From assembly GCA_963798845.1 (NCBI GenBank), contig CAWCUS010000002.1, forward strand, positions 704,001 through 768,000: a stretch of DNA of 64,000 bases, written 5' to 3'. The notes under the pieces were generated by a model, which saw only the letters and a list, made by a program, of their open reading frames with translations, searched no databases and was not told the origin of the DNA. The DNA is from an uncultured Gemmatimonadales bacterium (GTDB lineage Bacteria; Gemmatimonadota; Gemmatimonadetes; Longimicrobiales; RSA9). A program made the position numbers and the translations under genes. Shown here piece by piece: positions 60,185-64,000 of this stretch; positions within the stretch are counted from its first letter, which is position 1; every line of letters starts with the position of its first letter.

Positions 60185-61855
60185 TCAGCCGGACAGCGCG
60201 CGCCACTCGGCGGCGGTCGTGCTGCTGGACGCCGCAACCCAGCGCCGATCGCCGGCGGGTGTGCGCAGCAGGCACACGTCGCCTCTCAGCCCCGGCACCG
60301 CCCGCCCGACGGGGCTCGCGTCCACGAGGATCGTGCGTGCGCCCTCGATGCGCGCCCCGACGGTGCGCCCGCCCAGCCGGTCCTGGCGCTCCGGCATCTC
60401 GATGTCACGGCAGGCGATCCGGTTGTGGGCATCGAACCCGCCGGTGGCGTTGCGGAGGAAATCGCCGGCCCCGAGGTGGTCGACGGCTGCGAGCTCCAGG
60501 TCCAGGTAGCGCTCGCGCGACCACTTCCAGCGCACCAGCCCTCGCGCCAGGCTGGTCACGTCCCGCAGCCGCCACGTCCCGCCCCGGTCGACGTGCAGCG
60601 CCCAGTCCAGGCCGGGGCCGAACCGGACTCGCTCCAGGGTGCCCGCGGTCTCCCACCCGTCGCGATCCGGGTTCGAGTGGATTCCGAAGACCCGCTCCGA
60701 GCCGTCGAACGAATCGCGATCCACCTCGAAACGGCAGTCCTCGAGCCGCAGACCCTGGCCGCGCCGGCTCCGATGCCATTCCACGAGCATGCCGCAGAAC
60801 GCACGGCGCTCCGTGCCGGCCGGCTTCGCGATCCGGAAGGTCACGTTGCGGAACTCCAGGTTCGCCGGGTGGAACGCCGCGGAAGCTCGCCCCGCCCCGG
60901 GCTGGATCGCCGAGCCGGGGAGAACGGAGTCGGTCACCAGGACCCGGCCGGTCCGGCTGCCGTTGGCCGACCAGCCGGTGAAGTAGTAGGGAGGCGCCTC
61001 CATCACCACGTCGTGGAGCCGCGTCACGCTGGCGCGCCCCGGGATCACGATCAGCCCGCGTTCCAGGCGGCAGTGGCTGAAGGAGACGTCCGCACGGTGG
61101 TTTCCCTCCACCTCGATGTGCACTGCCGTGGCCCGCTCGCGACCCCTGGCCTGGTAGCCGTCCACCCGGGTCGTCGAGGGTCCCGCGAGCACGGTGATCC
61201 CGCCGCGGAAGCAGTCCTCGGCGTAGTGGTCACGGACTTCCACGTCCACATCCGAGTGGATGCTCAGCCCGTCCGCCACGTTGTTCACGGTGGCGCAGCG
61301 ATCCACCAGCACCCGCAGCCGCCCGCCGCGCGAGCCGTCGGCAGAAAGGAAGATGCAGTGCGCCTGCTCCAGGTCGTGCCCGCCTTTCCAGCGGGACTGG
61401 CGGTCGCGATTCCCGTCCACGCGGAGCCTGCGGATCACGGTGAGCGGGCTGTCCCCGGCCCCCCGCCACCGCACGCCCGCCGGATGCAGGGCGTTCAGGA
61501 TCCGCGTCCACTTGCCCACGCTCTCGGGCTTCCGCAGCAGCGTAGCCCCGTTCCCCTCGATGGTGATGCCGGGGAAGAGGGGGAGGGTGGTGACCACGTA
61601 CACCCGGCCGGGCTCCAGCGCGACCTGCCCACCCCCGGCATCGTAGGCCGCGCGAAGCGCGCGACGCACCGCCTCGGTGTCGTCCGGCGATCCACCGGCG
61701 ACGCCCCGTGCGCCCCACCACTCCGGGCGGAACGAGGGCGGCGACGACCGCCCGCGGAGCTCGCCGCCGGACCGGCCGGCCACGCCCCGCCACCAGCCGG
61801 CGTCCCGGACGGTCGCGGCTGCGGCCAGCACGCCGAGGAACCGCCTGCGCTTCAT
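60185..61855 (-). CDS. Tat-exported right-handed beta-helix protein (pectate-lyase-like, possible polysaccharide depolymerase)
   Basis: MKRRRFLGVLAAAA twin-arginine signal; WGARG.....DDTEAVRRAL motif; VDGNR, ADGLSI. Confidence 0.68.
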   Translation of the reverse strand: MKRRRFLGVLAAAATVRDAGWWRGVAGRSGGELRGRSSPPSFRPEWWGARGVAGGSPDDTEAVRRALRAAYDAGGGQVALEPGRVYVVTTLPLFPGITIEGNGATLLRKPESVGKWTRILNALHPAGVRWRGAGDSPLTVIRRLRVDGNRDRQSRWKGGHDLEQAHCIFLSADGSRGGRLRVLVDRCATVNNVADGLSIHSDVDVEVRDHYAEDCFRGGITVLAGPSTTRVDGYQARGRERATAVHIEVEGNHRADVSFSHCRLERGLIVIPGRASVTRLHDVVMEAPPYYFTGWSANGSRTGRVLVTDSVLPGSAIQPGAGRASAAFHPANLEFRNVTFRIAKPAGTERRAFCGMLVEWHRSRRGQGLRLEDCRFEVDRDSFDGSERVFGIHSNPDRDGWETAGTLERVRFGPGLDWALHVDRGGTWRLRDVTSLARGLVRWKWSRERYLDLELAAVDHLGAGDFLRNATGGFDAHNRIACRDIEMPERQDRLGGRTVGARIEGARTILVDASPVGRAVPGLRGDVCLLRTPAGDRRWVAASSSTTAAEWRALSG

Positions 61856-61891
61856 CGCGGCCTCGACCCGGCGCAGGCCGCGCCGCCCACC

Positions 61892-62854
61892 CTAGTCCAG
61901 CACGCGGGCGACGGCGCCCCTCTCCTCCACCAGGGAGCGGAAGTGAGGGATGGTCTTCTGGAGCCCCTCGGCCAGATCCACGCTCGGCTCCCACGACAGC
62001 GCCTCCCGGGCGCGCGTGATGTCGGGGCGGCGGACCGTAGGGTCGTCCTCGGGGAGGGGAAGGTGCTCGATGCTCGAGCGGCTGCCGGTCAGCTCGATGA
62101 CCTTCTCCGCCAGCTCCAGGATCGTGAACTCGCCCGGGTTGCCGACGTTCACGGGGTCCGTGACCTCGGACATGAACAGCCGGTAGATCCCGTCCACCTC
62201 GTCGTCGACGTAGCAGAAGGAGCGTGTCTGGGAACCGTCGCCGTAGACGGTGAGCGGCTCGCCGCGCAGCGCCTGGACGATGAAGTTGGACACCACTCGC
62301 CCGTCGCCCGGACGCATGCGTGGGCCGTACGTGTTGAAGATCCGGACGATGCGGGTGTCGACGCCGTGGAAGCGGTGGTAGGCCATGGTCATGGCCTCCG
62401 CGAAGCGCTTCGCCTCGTCGTACACGCCACGCGGGCCGATCGGGTTCACGTTCCCCCAGTACGTCTCGGTCTGGGGGTGGACCAGCGGGTCCCCGTACAC
62501 TTCGGACGTGGAGGCAAGGAGGTAGCGGGCCCCCTTGGCTTTCGCCAGGCCGAGCGTCTTGTGCGTGCCGAGGCTTCCCACCTTCAGTGTGGGGATCGGC
62601 ATCTCCAGGTAGTCCACCGGGCTCGCAGGGCTGGCGAAGTGGAGCACACCGTCCAGGTCACCGTTCACGTGGATGTAGTCCACCACGTTGTACTCCACGA
62701 ACGCGAAGCGGGGATGGCCGAAGAGGTGACCGAGGTTGTCCGGGTGACCGGTGATGAAGTTGTCCATGCCGAGCACCCGGTGGCCCCCGGCGATGAACCG
62801 GTCGCACAGGTGGGAGCCGAGGAACCCCGCCGCCCCCGTGATCAGAACGCGCAT
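61892..62854 (-). CDS. UDP-glucuronate decarboxylase (UDP-xylose synthase) family SDR
   Basis: [50 protein letters not shown]. Confidence 0.9.
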   Translation of the reverse strand: MRVLITGAAGFLGSHLCDRFIAGGHRVLGMDNFITGHPDNLGHLFGHPRFAFVEYNVVDYIHVNGDLDGVLHFASPASPVDYLEMPIPTLKVGSLGTHKTLGLAKAKGARYLLASTSEVYGDPLVHPQTETYWGNVNPIGPRGVYDEAKRFAEAMTMAYHRFHGVDTRIVRIFNTYGPRMRPGDGRVVSNFIVQALRGEPLTVYGDGSQTRSFCYVDDEVDGIYRLFMSEVTDPVNVGNPGEFTILELAEKVIELTGSRSSIEHLPLPEDDPTVRRPDITRAREALSWEPSVDLAEGLQKTIPHFRSLVEERGAVARVLD

Positions 62855-62917
62855 GGTTTGCCCATCCTTCGTGCCCCTTCGTGTGATCGTGCCTTCGCGG
62901 GCTCGTGCCTCGCGTGC

Positions 62918-63907
62918 TCACCGACCCACCGCCACCCTCGTCTCCCGGTTCTCCTTCAGCCATGCGACGAAGCGCGGGATCCCCTCCTCCACCGGCACGG
63001 AGGGGTCGTAGCCGAGCAGCTTCCGGGCCTTCGTCACGTCCGCGTAAGTGCGGCGCACGTCGCCCGGCTGCATCGGGAGCCGCTCGATCTCCGGCTTCAC
63101 GCCCAGCGCGTCCGCCAGGAGCTCGATCAGCCGACGCAGCTCCGTGGTGCGGCTCTCGCCCAGGTTGATGATCTCGAACTCGTCCGGGTGCGTCCGCGTT
63201 CGGTCCACCGCCGCCACCACGCCCTCCAGGATGTCGTCCACCCACGTGTAATCCCGCTCCGTGGTGCCGTCGCCGAACACGGGGATCGGCTTCCCCAACA
63301 GCATGCGCGTCGCGAACTTGCGGATGGCCAGGTCCGGCCGCTGGCGGGGGCCGTAGACCGTGAAGAAGCGGAGCGACAGCACGCCGATGCCGTGCAGATG
63401 GTGGTACGCGTGGCAGAGGAGCTCGCCCGCGCGCTTGGTGGCGGCGTAGGGTGAGATCGGGCGCTCTACCGGGTCGTCCTCCGAGAACGGGACTTTCGGG
63501 TTGTTGCCGTACACCGAGGAGGAGCCGCCGAACACGAGCCGGGTGATCTCCCGCCGCCGCATCAGCTCCAGGATCGACTGCGTGGCCGTCAGGTTCGAGC
63601 GCGCGTAGGCCATCGGGTCCTCGATGGACGGACGCACCCCCGCCTTCGCGGCCAGGTGCACCACCACGTCGATGCCCTCGCCCTCCAGCGCCGACTCGAG
63701 AGCCTCGAGCTCCGCGCAGTCGGCCTCCAGCAGCGAGAAGGCCGGGTTGGCCAGCGCACGCGCCAGGTTTTCACGCTTCTCGGCCGGAGAGTAGAATGGA
63801 TCGAAGTTGTCCACGCCGATGACACGGGCGCCTTCGTCCAGGAGCCGCTCGGTGAGGAGGCTGCCGATGAAACCCGCTGCGCCTGTCACGAGGACGCGTT
63901 CAGCCAT
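62918..63907 (-). CDS. NAD-dependent epimerase, UDP-glucuronate 4-epimerase-like
   Basis: TGAAGFIGS, HLAAKAGVRPS, SSSVYG, PYAATK, RFFTVYGPRQRPDLA, QPGDV. Confidence 0.88.
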   Translation of the reverse strand: MAERVLVTGAAGFIGSLLTERLLDEGARVIGVDNFDPFYSPAEKRENLARALANPAFSLLEADCAELEALESALEGEGIDVVVHLAAKAGVRPSIEDPMAYARSNLTATQSILELMRRREITRLVFGGSSSVYGNNPKVPFSEDDPVERPISPYAATKRAGELLCHAYHHLHGIGVLSLRFFTVYGPRQRPDLAIRKFATRMLLGKPIPVFGDGTTERDYTWVDDILEGVVAAVDRTRTHPDEFEIINLGESRTTELRRLIELLADALGVKPEIERLPMQPGDVRRTYADVTKARKLLGYDPSVPVEEGIPRFVAWLKENRETRVAVGR

Positions 63908-63932
63908 AGAATCTCGCCGGAGCACGGTTCCC

Positions 63933-63941
63933 ATTTTACCA
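63933..63941 (-). promoter_or_regulatory. Candidate extended -10 promoter for the epimerase-uxs-beta-helix operon
   Basis: Minus strand TGGTAAAAT, 25 nt upstream of the ATG; no -35 at canonical spacing. Confidence 0.45.
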
Positions 63942-64000
63942 GGACGGCACGACTCGCTTCCCGGGTGACAAGGCAAAGCGAGACGTGGTCCGGAGGCAAC

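Noticed and set aside
60139..60189. 9-bp GGCCGCCTC repeat and GCTGAGC inverted repeat at the convergent junction
   Set aside because: Short, GC-rich, partly produced by the facing stop codons, and without U-tracts.

Overview
Very GC-rich bacterial DNA in two blocks. (1) 95-19614 is the core translation super-operon: fusA, tuf, the S10 and spc clusters, secY-adk-map, rpmJ-rpsM-rpsK-rpsD-rpoA-rplQ, an unknown membrane protein and rpmB, closed by a terminator. Gene order and protein termini suggest Gemmatimonadota, but that is inference. (2) 19767-63907 is a roughly 44 kb surface-polysaccharide locus that looks like two glycan assembly lines. It has two Wzi-like proteins, two Wzz-like co-polymerases, two priming phosphoglycosyl transferases, two Wzy/WaaL-like proteins, both a Wzx flippase and a PglK-like ABC transporter, and one multi-SLBB export protein. 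It also has WbpA/B/D/E-like and PglF/E/D/C/A-like sugar pathways, 11 glycosyltransferases, three sulfotransferase-fold genes, an FkbM methyltransferase, UDP-xylose synthase, an RCC1-repeat lipoprotein and a Tat-exported beta-helix enzyme. Seven genes, including secY, carry single-base frameshifts that are most likely sequencing errors. The best non-coding leads are a 16S helix-21 (S8-site) mimic with a switch-like fold before rpsH, a shared sigma54-like motif (GGCYCYGATSTTGC) before three glycan sub-operons, and a 5x20 bp tandem repeat built from the end of rpsK. No rRNA, tRNA, CRISPR array or mobile element was seen. All protein calls come from motif recognition by eye; no database searches were run.
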